Shown: positions 20,103-30,532, numbered from the stretch's first letter. The stretch: DNA of 53,172 bases from an uncultured Methanosarcinales archaeon (GCA_964598745.1 CAZRCV010000005.1:1-53172), one strand, 5' to 3'. The notes: generated by a model not told the origin, from the sequence alone. Numbers and translations: made by a program.

Positions 20103-21386
20103 TTAGAACAAGCTTCGGCCTTTCATCTCTGAATGAACAGTTAAATTCAACCGCGACAAAATAGATGGAGCTAAATCTAAACAGCTAATGGTAGTTCCAT
20201 CAACTTTCTGATTGGAGAAGAAAATTCCAGGCACAAAAACAGCATCAACATTGTTGGTGCCGTAAAATGGCCCAAGATTATCTTGCAGAAAACAGCTGTC
20301 GATACCGGCAGTTACCGTTGACCAAGCCATGGCAAAACCTGGATTAAAGCCAATGATTAAATCTGGAGTTGACTGCCAATTTTTAACCATGCCTAGTTCA
20401 TCTGGGCGATAGGCTTGATGAATTATTCGTTCATTAGTGGCAGGATCAACTAGTTTCTCCAATTTGCCGATCAGCTCTTTCAACAGTGGTTCTCGATATT
20501 GCACCGCTCCGCTTCCTTCGCGACCTTCACAATTCAAGTAAAGGCTGTTAAATCCTAAAGCATAAACTCGGGTGGTATTCCAATCAGCTACCTGGACTAA
20601 AGCTTTTCCAGTACTTGGTTCTATTTCTGGGATTAGCTGTAAAAACCCCTGTTGTAATAACCAAAAATTAAGGCCTACCGCCCTTTCCCAACCAGTAACT
20701 CCATGATTTGATATGACCACTACATTTATATCTGGATTTAATTTACTTACTACTTGGCCCAACCATCCGTCCTTTTCCTGGTAATAATCAACTATTCTCT
20801 GATGAAGAATGATCTTGTCTGTTTTCTTGCCTAGGGTTAAATCTTTCCAAAATAATTGCTGTAATAGTTGGCATCCATCGAATCTTATCATTAATAATCC
20901 CTGTCTGAAGTGATCGAATTCGGTTAATTCTTTCCTGAATTGTTGTTGCAGCGCTTGTTCGCGTTCAACGACAGTATTAACTAGTTTTAATAGGTCTAAT
21001 TTATAATCCGTATTTTCCAAAATATCACTGAATAAATTCTTTGCTGGCCAACAGCGAGTTGAAATAAACAGTCCGGGATGTTTAATATTATTCCAAAAAT
21101 AATCATTGTTGTTTTGATCCATCGCTATAAGCTTAGGGCTATAAGTTAATGGATCACGACTAACCAGATCAAACCATTGATGCTGTTGTGGACTAAGACC
21201 AGTAGCAATAGAATGCCAAGCTACAGTGGATTCTGAAGGGATAGAAGTATCACAGCGCAAAAAACTCCCCTCCTCTGCCAGTTGCTGAAAATGGGGTAAT
21301 TTTCCCGCAGCCATCAGTCCTTTGGTTACCTTATAATCCATGCCGCTGATTCCGATTACCAATACTTTTTCAGATTTAGAACTCAT
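20103..21386 (-). CDS. Alkaline-phosphatase-superfamily nucleotide pyrophosphatase/phosphodiesterase-like protein, degenerate active site
   Basis: KVLVIGISGMD, LPHF..L..EG, AWHSIATG, SNHG, DW..T..YALG, GRE..G.V, PDL, DLAP. Confidence 0.8.
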   Translation of the reverse strand: MSSKSEKVLVIGISGMDYKVTKGLMAAGKLPHFQQLAEEGSFLRCDTSIPSESTVAWHSIATGLSPQQHQWFDLVSRDPLTYSPKLIAMDQNNNDYFWNNIKHPGLFISTRCWPAKNLFSDILENTDYKLDLLKLVNTVVEREQALQQQFRKELTEFDHFRQGLLMIRFDGCQLLQQLFWKDLTLGKKTDKIILHQRIVDYYQEKDGWLGQVVSKLNPDINVVVISNHGVTGWERAVGLNFWLLQQGFLQLIPEIEPSTGKALVQVADWNTTRVYALGFNSLYLNCEGREGSGAVQYREPLLKELIGKLEKLVDPATNERIIHQAYRPDELGMVKNWQSTPDLIIGFNPGFAMAWSTVTAGIDSCFLQDNLGPFYGTNNVDAVFVPGIFFSNQKVDGTTISCLDLAPSILSRLNLTVHSEMKGRSLF

Positions 21387-21453
21387 GCAGTTATCCGCTC
21401 TGATTTAAATTTAAAAAAATATCTAACTACGAAAGCAGTGATTACAGTAGTGA

Positions 21454-22476
21454 TTAACAACTAGCATAAGCCACTGTAACCAAACCTGCTATCGGCACTA
21501 TTTTAACCGCTGCCGGAAGCTTGCTGAGAGCATACGGCAACCTGGTTTCTAAAGTATCTCTTCTTCGCAAAAATTCTTCCCTTACTCCGGGAAGACCATA
21601 AATAAGTTCCATTTCTCTAGCGTGCGCTGTACCTATTACTAAATCTACTGATCTTAAATTTCTTAATCGAGCCTGTTCTAAAGCAAACTCTCCTTGTCCC
21701 AAAGACCTACTGGCACTTACGAATATGTCGGCAACTGGTTTAGGAGAACTACCAGAATATGCAATGGCTTCAATGGGATCTGTACCTCCAACAATATAAG
21801 CCGCTCGACCTCTGGCTAGTGGAGGTGTTAATGGTGCATTTATACCTTTTTTTATCCTCAATAATTGATCTTTGGAAAGAGAGGCACGCAATTCAGCATG
21901 TTCTCTTACTGCTTTAAAATAAGGAACAATCTTAAGATGCAATAGTAATGCGGTACAGTAATTATAACCATGTTCATACAATCTTGCATAACGCATTTCC
22001 TCTGCCCTGGACATAACCATAACTTCTTTGGCTCCAGTAAAATAGCTTCTCATAGTCGTACCTGGCAAAATATTTCCATTAAGTAAGTTTGGCTCTAAAA
22101 CGACTAAATCTGAATGTTTTATAGTTGAACCAACTTCTTTAATTCCTTCTCGATCATGATTCACACCATGGACTATTAATTCCATACCCCCAACACTATG
22201 GCGGTTATGTGTAGAAGTTCTCCTGAAAGGTTTAGAATTATCTTGGATATAGCCTTGATTTAATAAAAATCTAGTTATTTCTACTAAAACTGTCCGACCG
22301 CCGACACTCTCAGTTGTTGGAGGAAATCCCAAATAAGCTATTACCTCTTGACAAGTTTTATCAGTCCTAATTAATTCACGACCAAGGTTATCTTCTAACA
22401 ATAACTTTTCCACAAAACTCCAATCACTAGCATTACAAAGCTTCCTTAAAATTTCTTGTTCTGGGCTCTTGGACAT
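21454..22476 (-). CDS. Hypothetical protein, probable divergent TraB/PrgY/Tiki-like family member with C-terminal hydrophobic tail
   Basis: IVHGVNH ... VVLEP ... SRSLGQGEFA ... VIGTAHAREM. Confidence 0.5.
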   Translation of the reverse strand: MSKSPEQEILRKLCNASDWSFVEKLLLEDNLGRELIRTDKTCQEVIAYLGFPPTTESVGGRTVLVEITRFLLNQGYIQDNSKPFRRTSTHNRHSVGGMELIVHGVNHDREGIKEVGSTIKHSDLVVLEPNLLNGNILPGTTMRSYFTGAKEVMVMSRAEEMRYARLYEHGYNYCTALLLHLKIVPYFKAVREHAELRASLSKDQLLRIKKGINAPLTPPLARGRAAYIVGGTDPIEAIAYSGSSPKPVADIFVSASRSLGQGEFALEQARLRNLRSVDLVIGTAHAREMELIYGLPGVREEFLRRRDTLETRLPYALSKLPAAVKIVPIAGLVTVAYASC

Positions 22477-22521
22477 AGAGCATTAAAAACAGGCCGTTAT
22501 TTATAAAAATAATCAAAAAAA

Positions 22522-22845
22522 TTATTTCTTCTTGCTTTTTTTAGTTTTAGATGATTTCTTTGGCCACAGATGTCGACGCATTTTTTCTTTCATGCAAGAT
22601 AATTCGTTCTTTTTCACTAACTTGGACTTAACTAGCGCCTCTGACAGATGCTTATCCACCATTTTAATCACGTCTAGTGTAACTTTCTCCGATGAAGCTA
22701 CCAGTTGTTTAGCCAACTGCAGACTTTCTTTTTTATCTAAATGCAAGTCGTCCCTAAGTTGTTCGGCGATAGCTCTAGCTTTGGCCGCGCTAAGCAGTCC
22801 CAACCCATAACCTGTTTTTAAAACCCGATGCAATTTATCTTTCAT
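22522..22845 (-). CDS. Phasin-like small helical protein
   Basis: GYGLGLLS..KA...A..L pattern; start overlaps the stop of the ABC1 kinase gene (ATGA). Confidence 0.6.
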   Translation of the reverse strand: MKDKLHRVLKTGYGLGLLSAAKARAIAEQLRDDLHLDKKESLQLAKQLVASSEKVTLDVIKMVDKHLSEALVKSKLVKKNELSCMKEKMRRHLWPKKSSKTKKSKKK

Positions 22846-24512
22846 AGTTCATACCTCCAATGAAAATTGTACTTTGAAATTAAAGAATATAATATTACAA
22901 TAATAACCAGTATTAACAAAATAACACTAATTGGCAAGCCTAAAAAGCTGTTTTTCCCTTCCAAATAAAAGAAAATTAATGCTGCTAACAACAACCAAAT
23001 AGTAATAGAAGTTAGTTGATGCTGCAGCAAAGATTTAGCAATTTTCTGCTCCAGGTTATTCCAATGCTGCTCTTCACAGTGTGGCGCAACTGGGCTTTGC
23101 TCCAGGCGTTCCATCAATTTGAGGATATGTTCTGGAAAACTAATGATAGCTTCTTTCTGTGTTTTAAGATTGGTGGTTATGGCCTTAACTAACTGCAAAG
23201 GATTGTAAGTTTGCATTAAAAATTTACGCTCAAATCCCTGCAGTTCTTTTCCCACATTAAAATTAGGATAAAGCTGCAGCGCCAGCCCTTCAGCTTGATA
23301 AACCGCCTTAGCCATCAATACATGATTTGAATCAAAGATTATGTTATTTTGCGCGCCCAAGCAGATTACCTTATATAGGGCTCTTCCTAAACTAACTTGG
23401 CTTATGGTGTTGGTGTAAACTGAGCGCAAAATAGGCAGAGCTTGGTCTTTAAACTCATCCACTTGCTGCGGATCAACCGATCGAGCTAAGGAAAGGATTA
23501 TTTTGAAACTCTTATTAGGATCTTTCTCTGGCAAGGAGCGAATAAATTCGATAATCTTTTTTCTATCGGTAATAGACAACTCGCCGACAATGCCAAAATC
23601 AAGATAAACTAAGGTTTTGTCCTGATCTACAAAAATGTTAGCCGGGTGAGGATCAGCATGAAAAATGCCGTGAAGCAAAGCCTGCTCCAAGATAGAACAG
23701 AAATAAATTTTAACAATGTTGCGATTATGTTTCTTCTGACTGATTAATGCGCTTAACTTCTGACCGTGGATATACTCCATTACCAACACGCGCTGAGAAC
23801 AGTATTTAGTATAAATAGCCGGTATCTTTATCTTAGGATTGCTACTGGCAGCAGCCTTAATGCGCAGAGCATTTTCCGCTTCTCTGGTAAAATCCAGCTC
23901 CCTTCTAGTCCAAAGAGCAAACTCTTTAATGATATTTATGGGCTTATAGTTGCGTGTTTCAGGGAATCTTTTTTCTAAGGTATAAGCAATAAGGAATAAG
24001 ATATCCAAATCAGTATCAATGATTTCTTTAATATTAGGCCTCCTTACTTTAACTGCAACTTCTTCTCCTGAAGCTAAACGAGCGCGGTGCACTTGTGAAA
24101 CAGAAGCTGAAGCGATCGGTTCATGCTCAAAATAAGGAAATAAGTTTTCTAGGGGAACTTTAAAATCTTGTTCAATGGTTTGCTTTACTTCAGGATAAGA
24201 AAATTTAGGCACAGAATCCTGCAGCTTTTCAAATTCCTTAGCCCAGATCTCTGGTACCAAATCTGGACGCAATGATAACAGCTGCCCTAATTTAACAAAT
24301 GTCGGCCCTAATTTTTCAAACGATTTCCGCAATCGCGATGCCAACTGTTGCTGGTCGTTAATGCAACTGTGGCGGCCTAATTTGTGTTTAAACGGCAGAT
24401 GCAAAGAAAATTTAGATTTATGGATATAATATCCAAACCCTGCCTTAAAAAAAATAACCAGTATCTCTTTGAGCCGCCGGAGATCCTTAATATCCTGTTG
24501 GATGCTAAGCAT
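22842..24512 (-). CDS. ABC1/UbiB (AarF) family atypical kinase
   Basis: LGPTFVKLGQLLS, ASASVSQVH, VAVKV, FHADPHPAN, LDFG; two C-terminal TM segments. Confidence 0.95.
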   Translation of the reverse strand: MLSIQQDIKDLRRLKEILVIFFKAGFGYYIHKSKFSLHLPFKHKLGRHSCINDQQQLASRLRKSFEKLGPTFVKLGQLLSLRPDLVPEIWAKEFEKLQDSVPKFSYPEVKQTIEQDFKVPLENLFPYFEHEPIASASVSQVHRARLASGEEVAVKVRRPNIKEIIDTDLDILFLIAYTLEKRFPETRNYKPINIIKEFALWTRRELDFTREAENALRIKAAASSNPKIKIPAIYTKYCSQRVLVMEYIHGQKLSALISQKKHNRNIVKIYFCSILEQALLHGIFHADPHPANIFVDQDKTLVYLDFGIVGELSITDRKKIIEFIRSLPEKDPNKSFKIILSLARSVDPQQVDEFKDQALPILRSVYTNTISQVSLGRALYKVICLGAQNNIIFDSNHVLMAKAVYQAEGLALQLYPNFNVGKELQGFERKFLMQTYNPLQLVKAITTNLKTQKEAIISFPEHILKLMERLEQSPVAPHCEEQHWNNLEQKIAKSLLQHQLTSITIWLLLAALIFFYLEGKNSFLGLPISVILLILVIIVILYSLISKYNFHWRYEL

Positions 24513-24634
24513 ATGAATTAGAGTATTTTAAAAAAACAAATCCTAGGCCTCCTTTTAAGTTACTTAAGAATAATTAGTTTATAATAGTATCGCCATAATC
24601 CGCAGCTAATCTATACCCGCCACATCTTACAAGA

Positions 24635-24823
24635 TTAAGCTTCTCTTTTTTTAAGGCGAGTCATATAGCCAGCAATGGCATTGCGCAACTTTTTGCTTAG
24701 GATCTGAGTGCATTGCTGCATTAATTTCTTGTTCTGATCAAAATCTGTAGTGAATTTGTCACTATGCAAATTCCACAAAGCTTTAGTTTTTCTTTTGACA
24801 TAAGTGGTCTTAATTCTGCCCAT
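24635..24823 (-). CDS. rps17e: 30S ribosomal protein S17e
   Basis: MGRIKT..VKR...F..DF..NK...SKKLRN.IAGY.T. Confidence 0.97.
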   Translation of the reverse strand: MGRIKTTYVKRKTKALWNLHSDKFTTDFDQNKKLMQQCTQILSKKLRNAIAGYMTRLKKREA

Positions 24824-25152
24824 GGTGCCATTATTCTGAGAAATTATATATAAACCTTTCCACGATGTTATGAAAATGCCTAACTAAACCTTCTCAACTG
24901 GTAAATTTTATAGTGAATAAAACTTAGTGTAGCTATGCTTAAGATAAAAATCAGAGTTCTGGACTTACTGTTCTACAATTAAAGAAAATCCCGAAAAGCA
25001 ACTAGACCCAACCATAAATGTTAGGAATTTCTGTTTCTTTGATTTAAAGTTACTGAAATTAACTTAATAGTGGTAAATTAAGTAAATAACTGGAAAAATT
25101 TATAAAATAAGCCCAATGTTCTCAACTAAAACCACCTAATGGGGGAATAAGA

Positions 25153-25506
25153 ATGACAGACAAAACAAGTATTGAACAAAGAATTGCTAATTATTTAGAT
25201 GCTAATAACATTACTATAATACCTGAAAGCCGGGGAAGCAAAGAAACACTCTGTTATATGCAACACAGGCCAACTGGTGCGGTAGTAGAAATTGGAGTAA
25301 CTGTATACGAACCGTTAACTGGGGTAACCGATGCAGTTCCAGCTTCTGAAATGGCAAGAAGATTACAAGTTAAAGGTTTTGTAACTGAGGTAACAAAACT
25401 AATGGCTATACTTTTAAAGCAAACTAATGGTCGCTTTTATGAGGATGATATATTTGATCCAATTCATGATGCTTGTGATCGTGTAGAAGCAAGGTATAGC
25501 TGGTAA
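25153..25506 (+). CDS. Hypothetical protein
   Basis: 117-aa ORF with TTTATAAA upstream. Confidence 0.6.
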   Translation: MTDKTSIEQRIANYLDANNITIIPESRGSKETLCYMQHRPTGAVVEIGVTVYEPLTGVTDAVPASEMARRLQVKGFVTEVTKLMAILLKQTNGRFYEDDIFDPIHDACDRVEARYSW

Positions 25507-25669
25507 AATCAAGTGCTACATTTTATTTTAGTTCCCTAGTAAAACCTAAACGTCAAAAGAGAAGAGCAATTTCACCGTCCTCTTGTATTCTTATCCCTTT
25601 AGCTAAGTCAGCCACCCTGGAGTTCAGTATACATTAGCGTAATATTTATATATTATTCTACTATTTTTT

Positions 25670-26071
25670 GTGGTTATGGTAATTCTCTTTGACCAATTCA
25701 ATTTGCCGGATGATATTTACAAAGTAATCTTTCCTACAGAGCAGCAGCAAGCCGTAGCTAAAATGCTCATTTCTTACATGGGAGAAAACAAAGGCGAGAT
25801 TGGCAAGACAGAAATGAGCTTATTTGCTACCCGGTTACATGATGGAGAAACAGTCTTGAAAGAACGCGGCAAGTCGCCGTTGGAAAACGAAGAAAGGATT
25901 TCCTATAATAAAAGACAATTTTATGATCGCATTCTAACCCCTATGCGAGGAATGGGTCTAATAGATTATGATTTATATAAAAAAACTTATCGAATTTCTG
26001 ACAAATTTAACAAACTAGTTATTAGGATCGGTTTAATGTGGCTTCGTGAAATAGATAAAACTAAAAAATAA
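25670..26071 (+). CDS. Hypothetical protein, possibly winged-helix-like
   Basis: 133-aa ORF with TTTATATA upstream; C-terminal GLIDY..YKKTYRIS resembles a wing. Confidence 0.7.
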   Translation: MVMVILFDQFNLPDDIYKVIFPTEQQQAVAKMLISYMGENKGEIGKTEMSLFATRLHDGETVLKERGKSPLENEERISYNKRQFYDRILTPMRGMGLIDYDLYKKTYRISDKFNKLVIRIGLMWLREIDKTKK

Positions 26072-26177
26072 TTCTAAAGGGCTGCATTAAACAACTGGAA
26101 CTCGATTTTTCATAACCTTTATAAAAACTGTTCTGAAGCTAGTTAAAATTTCAACGTAAAATCTAAAGTGATTCTCC

Positions 26178-27788
26178 ATGACTAATACCAATTTGCAGCC
26201 TATTTTTATAATGCCTGAGGATACTAAACAAACCACGGGAAAAGATGCGCAACATAGTAATATTGCTGCAGCTAAAGCTGTAGCGCAAGCAGTGCGAACC
26301 ACACTTGGACCGAAAGGCATGGATAAAATGATTGTTGGTCCTGCAGGCGAGGTGACTATAACCAATGATGGAGTAACCATTCTCACGGAAATGCAGATTG
26401 AACATCCGGCAGCTAGAATGGTAGTGGAAATTGCCAAAACACAAGAAGAGGCTGTAGGCGATGGAACAACCACCGCAGTGATTTTAGCCGGCGAATTGTT
26501 AAAAAAAGCCGAAGATTTACTGGATCAAGAAATTCATCCTGCAGTTTTGGCTAAAGGCTATCGTCTGGCAGAAGCCGAAGCACAAAAAATTTTGCAGCGT
26601 GAAGCAGAAAACATTAACTTAAACAGCGATCAGCTGCTAAAGCAAATCGCCATCACTGCCATGACCGGTAAAGGGGCCGAAGCTAATAAAGAAAAGTTAG
26701 CGGAAATTATTGTCAAAGCTATAAAACAAATAGCAGAAAATAACCAAGTAAATGTTGATAATATCAAAATTGAACAGCAGATTGGTGAAAGCGCTGATAA
26801 CAGCGAATTAATAGAAGGATTGGTTATTGACAAAGAACGGGTTCATCCAGAAATGCCTGTGCGTGTCGAAAATGCTAAGGTAGCGCTGCTAGACTCGCCT
26901 TTAGAAATCAAGAACACGGAAATTGACGCAAAAATTCAAATAACTGATCCTAACCAGCTAACTGCATTCTTAGATATGGAAGAAAAAACGTTGCGAAAGA
27001 TGGTGGAAAAAATTGAACAAAGCGGCGCCAAAGTATTATTTTGCCAACGAGGGATAGATGATCTAGCCCAACATTTCTTAGCCAAATCAGGAATTTTAGC
27101 AGCCAGGCGAGTAACCAAAGGTGATATGGAAAAGCTAGCCCAAGCTACCGGCGCAAGGATTGTAAGCAACTGGAAGGAATTACAGTCAGAAGACTTGGGA
27201 CAAGCCGGAGTAGTAAGAGAAGAAAAACAAGGAGCAACTGAATTAATTTTTATTGAAAAATGTAAAAATCCTAAAGCAGTAACTTTGTTGGTTAAAGGTG
27301 GAACTGAACATGTAGCTGAAGAAGTCAAGAGAGCTGTGATTGACTCATTGGGAGATTTGGCTGCAGCGATAAAAGTAGGCAAAGTTGTGGCTGGAGCTGG
27401 CGCTATGGAAATGAAAATAGCCCAAGGGCTGCGAACTTACGCTCAAAGACTAATAGGGCGAGAACAATTAGCGGTGCAAGCTTTTGCAGAAGCCATGGAG
27501 ATCATACCTCGAACTTTAGCTGAAAACGCAGGATTAGATCCTTTAGAAATTATTACTCAACTGCGCGCCGCCCAGCATCTAAAATGGCCGGGAATTGATG
27601 TATTTTCAGGAAAGATTATAGACGCTTGGAATGCTGGTGTGATTGAACCATTAAAAATAAAGACCCAAGCTCTCTCCTCTGCTACTGAAGTAGCTGAAAT
27701 GATCATCAGGATCGATGACATTATTGTAGGAAGCAATAAAAAATATTCTGCCCAAGAGCATAGTCTTCCTTCCGGAATGGGAATTTAA
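26178..27788 (+). CDS. ths: Thermosome (group II chaperonin) subunit
   Basis: [34 protein letters not shown]. Confidence 0.98.
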   Translation: MTNTNLQPIFIMPEDTKQTTGKDAQHSNIAAAKAVAQAVRTTLGPKGMDKMIVGPAGEVTITNDGVTILTEMQIEHPAARMVVEIAKTQEEAVGDGTTTAVILAGELLKKAEDLLDQEIHPAVLAKGYRLAEAEAQKILQREAENINLNSDQLLKQIAITAMTGKGAEANKEKLAEIIVKAIKQIAENNQVNVDNIKIEQQIGESADNSELIEGLVIDKERVHPEMPVRVENAKVALLDSPLEIKNTEIDAKIQITDPNQLTAFLDMEEKTLRKMVEKIEQSGAKVLFCQRGIDDLAQHFLAKSGILAARRVTKGDMEKLAQATGARIVSNWKELQSEDLGQAGVVREEKQGATELIFIEKCKNPKAVTLLVKGGTEHVAEEVKRAVIDSLGDLAAAIKVGKVVAGAGAMEMKIAQGLRTYAQRLIGREQLAVQAFAEAMEIIPRTLAENAGLDPLEIITQLRAAQHLKWPGIDVFSGKIIDAWNAGVIEPLKIKTQALSSATEVAEMIIRIDDIIVGSNKKYSAQEHSLPSGMGI

Positions 27789-27850
27789 TTATTTGTCTTA
27801 GTGATTTTAATTTAGAAACATTTTTAACAGTTTTAGGCAATCTTAAGATT

Positions 27851-29305
27851 ATGCGTAATTCGCTGGCTGTACTGCAAATTTTAATCATTCCTATTATCAT
27901 TTACTTAGTTTCGCAAAGAACAAGAAATTACTTGTTGGTTGGAATAGTCTTATTAATTGTGTCTATAATAATTAGTTTTACCGAATGGCTGTATGCTAAA
28001 CATGCCCGCCGAGACCAGGAATCATTCCTTAGGCCTTACGCTGACAAAATCCTAGCAGTAAGTTTACTTCTTTGGTTGACTGCCACTAAGATATTCCCCC
28101 TTTCTGTTTTAGTAATTTTAATAGCGCGTGACATAATTGTTAGCGTAATTCGCTTCATGGCGACTAGAGATAACATTTTATTAGGGAAACAATGGTCTGG
28201 AAAATTAATTACCATTAGTGAACTAAGTTTGGTTTTTTTAATTCTTGTTCAGAATTTTTTACAGCAAAATGCTGTTCACAATTGGCTGCCAGCATTAACT
28301 GCCATAGTCCAGATTGTTACCATAATTACAGCAGTTTTAGCTATGACCTCCATCATTGATTACAGTTCTAATTATAGTTACAATATCCGGCAAAAAAAGG
28401 GCCCAGGAACGGTTTTGGATAAAGAAAAACTATTAATTTTAGCTAACCCCAAGTCGGGTGGTTTTAATGATCATTATCGAAAGCATTTATTAAAAGTTTT
28501 CGCTAAAAGAAGAAAAGCCAGGATTATCTTTCTGCCCAAAACCAAAGATATTTTTGCAGAAGTTGAAGAAAAGATAAGAGATTATCAACAGATTATTATT
28601 GCAGGGGGGGATGGATCATTTGAAAGCGCTTTAAATCACGACATTTTTAAAGATAAAAGCCTGGGCTTTTTTCCATTGGGTGCAGGCAATAGCTATTATT
28701 CTTACTTCTATAAAGGCAAGCGATTTGAGTATCTAAGATCAAGGTTTAAGTTTAAAGAAGTGTTGCTGGATATTTTAGAATTAGGGTTTAATCAAAAAAA
28801 AATTCAAACTACTTTTCTTAGTTTGGGTATAGATGCAGAAGTTGTCAAAAACATCAAATCTATACAAAATCATAATTTAGCGGATTATGTTACAGCTTCA
28901 TTAAAAGTCGTACTTGGCCCTAGGCTGGCTTATACCATTCACTGCCTGGTTGAAGATAGAATTTACCGCTGGGAAAACTGTTTTAACTTGATTATTTCCA
29001 AAATTCCGTTTATTGGCTACGGGCTGCGCTCTACTATCGGTAAAGTTGACAGCGATGATGGAGTTATTTTAGGCCTGGCTAATGTTAATACCCATTCTTC
29101 TTGGTTTAATAAAGGACTTAGAATATGGGCCATCATCTTTACTCAATTAGGACTAAATAAAGCGCCGCTAATACCATTTAAAGGAAAAGTGTTTACTATT
29201 GAAAGCAGGACTGAATTTCCTCTGCAAGCCGGAGGCGATTTTTTAGGATACACTACTAAATTAAACGTAGCCGTTAAGAGAAAGCAAAAGGTACTGATGA
29301 TCTAA
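27851..29305 (+). CDS. Fusion of a degenerate CDP-alcohol phosphatidyltransferase-like membrane domain and a diacylglycerol/lipid kinase (DAGK/YegS) domain
   Basis: ARR...LRPYADK, ARDIIVS.IR in the N-terminal half; NPKSG, AGGDGS, PLGAGN, GIDAEV in the C-terminal half. Confidence 0.8.
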   Translation: MRNSLAVLQILIIPIIIYLVSQRTRNYLLVGIVLLIVSIIISFTEWLYAKHARRDQESFLRPYADKILAVSLLLWLTATKIFPLSVLVILIARDIIVSVIRFMATRDNILLGKQWSGKLITISELSLVFLILVQNFLQQNAVHNWLPALTAIVQIVTIITAVLAMTSIIDYSSNYSYNIRQKKGPGTVLDKEKLLILANPKSGGFNDHYRKHLLKVFAKRRKARIIFLPKTKDIFAEVEEKIRDYQQIIIAGGDGSFESALNHDIFKDKSLGFFPLGAGNSYYSYFYKGKRFEYLRSRFKFKEVLLDILELGFNQKKIQTTFLSLGIDAEVVKNIKSIQNHNLADYVTASLKVVLGPRLAYTIHCLVEDRIYRWENCFNLIISKIPFIGYGLRSTIGKVDSDDGVILGLANVNTHSSWFNKGLRIWAIIFTQLGLNKAPLIPFKGKVFTIESRTEFPLQAGGDFLGYTTKLNVAVKRKQKVLMI

Positions 29306-29347
29306 GGAAAATTTTTAAAGAAGTGGAAATAACTGCAACTAGAAGAT

Positions 29348-29439
29348 GGCGGCTGTCGTATAATGGTCAGTATGCAGGTCTGTGGAATTAGCTTTGCAGC
29401 AAACCTGTGGAGGGGGTTCGATTCCCCCCAGCTGCCCCA
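29348..29439 (+). tRNA. tRNA-His(GUG) with encoded G-1, encoded CCA and a 16-nt intron at 37/38 (29386-29401)
   Basis: Acceptor G-GCGGCTG/CAGCTGC-C-CCA; anticodon stem CAGGT/ACCTG; T-arm GGGGG TTCGATT CCCCC; BHB central helix CTGT/GCAG. Confidence 0.93.
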
Positions 29440-29502
29440 TTATTATCAATAACAAACATAGGCATTAGCGAATTATTTATATATCAATTTTCTTTTCCAT
29501 TA

Positions 29503-30225
29503 ATGATGGCGTTATATACTTTTCCGGATATATTCTCATTAATCATTGCCTTGTCAGCCACCTTAGCAGCTAGCGTGGGAGTAATTGTGTTAGAAGGTTT
29601 TTTTCGCAATAAGTTGAAAGATCTATTTGACGATACCAACTATTTTATTTTCTTTTTCATGGTCAGTGGCTACTTGCTTTACGCCTTGGGCGAGGTATCT
29701 TACTTTCTGGCTAGGGTGGTGTTTAAAGATACATCTGCCATTGGTATACAAGACGTTTACTGGACAACCGGCGCATTAGTCATTTTGATCTCCTTTATTG
29801 CTTTAAGTTACAACTTAATCAAAGACTATGGCAGTAGTTCCAAGTTAGTTTTAATACTACTAATTGGAATTGGATTGTTGGGGCTGACTTTAACCATTTT
29901 ATCCAGCCTGGTTAATCCAAAACAAGGTTACCTTTTTAGCTACCTTTATCCAATATTGAGCTCGCTGATTGTAACTGCTTCATTCAGCATCATTTTATTT
30001 TATCGGCAACTGAACGCTATGTCTAAGCCGCTGTTGATCTTTTTTTTAGCTAGTGGCAGTATTTGGATCGGCGACATTTTCTTTCACTACGCCACGGCAT
30101 CAAGTATTTATGGCACAACCGCAGTACTCTCAGACACGTTTTATTTATGGGGTTACACTTTAAGTTTGGTAGCCTTTATTTCACTGCGCCGGCGCATGAG
30201 CCAGTTAGCTGCAATAGGGAGATAA
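29503..30225 (+). CDS. Multi-pass (about 7 TM) membrane protein; true start probably 29503/29506, not 29407
   Basis: Hydrophobic helices; TTTATATA at about 29476; the ORF-track start lies inside the tRNA. Confidence 0.75.
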   Translation: MMALYTFPDIFSLIIALSATLAASVGVIVLEGFFRNKLKDLFDDTNYFIFFFMVSGYLLYALGEVSYFLARVVFKDTSAIGIQDVYWTTGALVILISFIALSYNLIKDYGSSSKLVLILLIGIGLLGLTLTILSSLVNPKQGYLFSYLYPILSSLIVTASFSIILFYRQLNAMSKPLLIFFLASGSIWIGDIFFHYATASSIYGTTAVLSDTFYLWGYTLSLVAFISLRRRMSQLAAIGR

Positions 30226-30276
30226 AAGAGTTTACTAGACAAAAACCTTATAAATAACTACGGTTCTGAACAGATT

Positions 30277-30531
30277 ATGGAAGCTACCGTGGTTAGTTTC
30301 AGACGCTGCAAGCATCATCAGAATACTGGGCAGATTATTCTCAAAATCGCTGATACTGCAGAAGAAGCAGGAAAAGTTCTGGGGAAAACTGTAACTTGGA
30401 CTTCTCCTGCCGGCAAAGAGCTGAAAGGTAAAGTGTCCGCTCTGCATGGAAGAACTGGCAGCGTAAGAGCTATTTTTTCTGAAGCAGGATTGCCAGGACA
30501 AGCTTTGGGAAGCAAAGTAAAACTTAGTTAA
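30277..30531 (+). CDS. rpl35ae: 50S ribosomal protein L35Ae (eL33)
   Basis: FRR..H.Q..Q...A...GK.V.W..P...GKV..HG..G.VRA.F..GLPGQALG. Confidence 0.95.
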   Translation: MEATVVSFRRCKHHQNTGQIILKIADTAEEAGKVLGKTVTWTSPAGKELKGKVSALHGRTGSVRAIFSEAGLPGQALGSKVKLS

Positions 30532-30532
30532 T

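Noticed and set aside
29407-29502. N-terminal extension of the 272-aa ORF
   Set aside because: It overlaps the tRNA-His 3' half; a TATA box and ATG at 29503/29506 give a better start.
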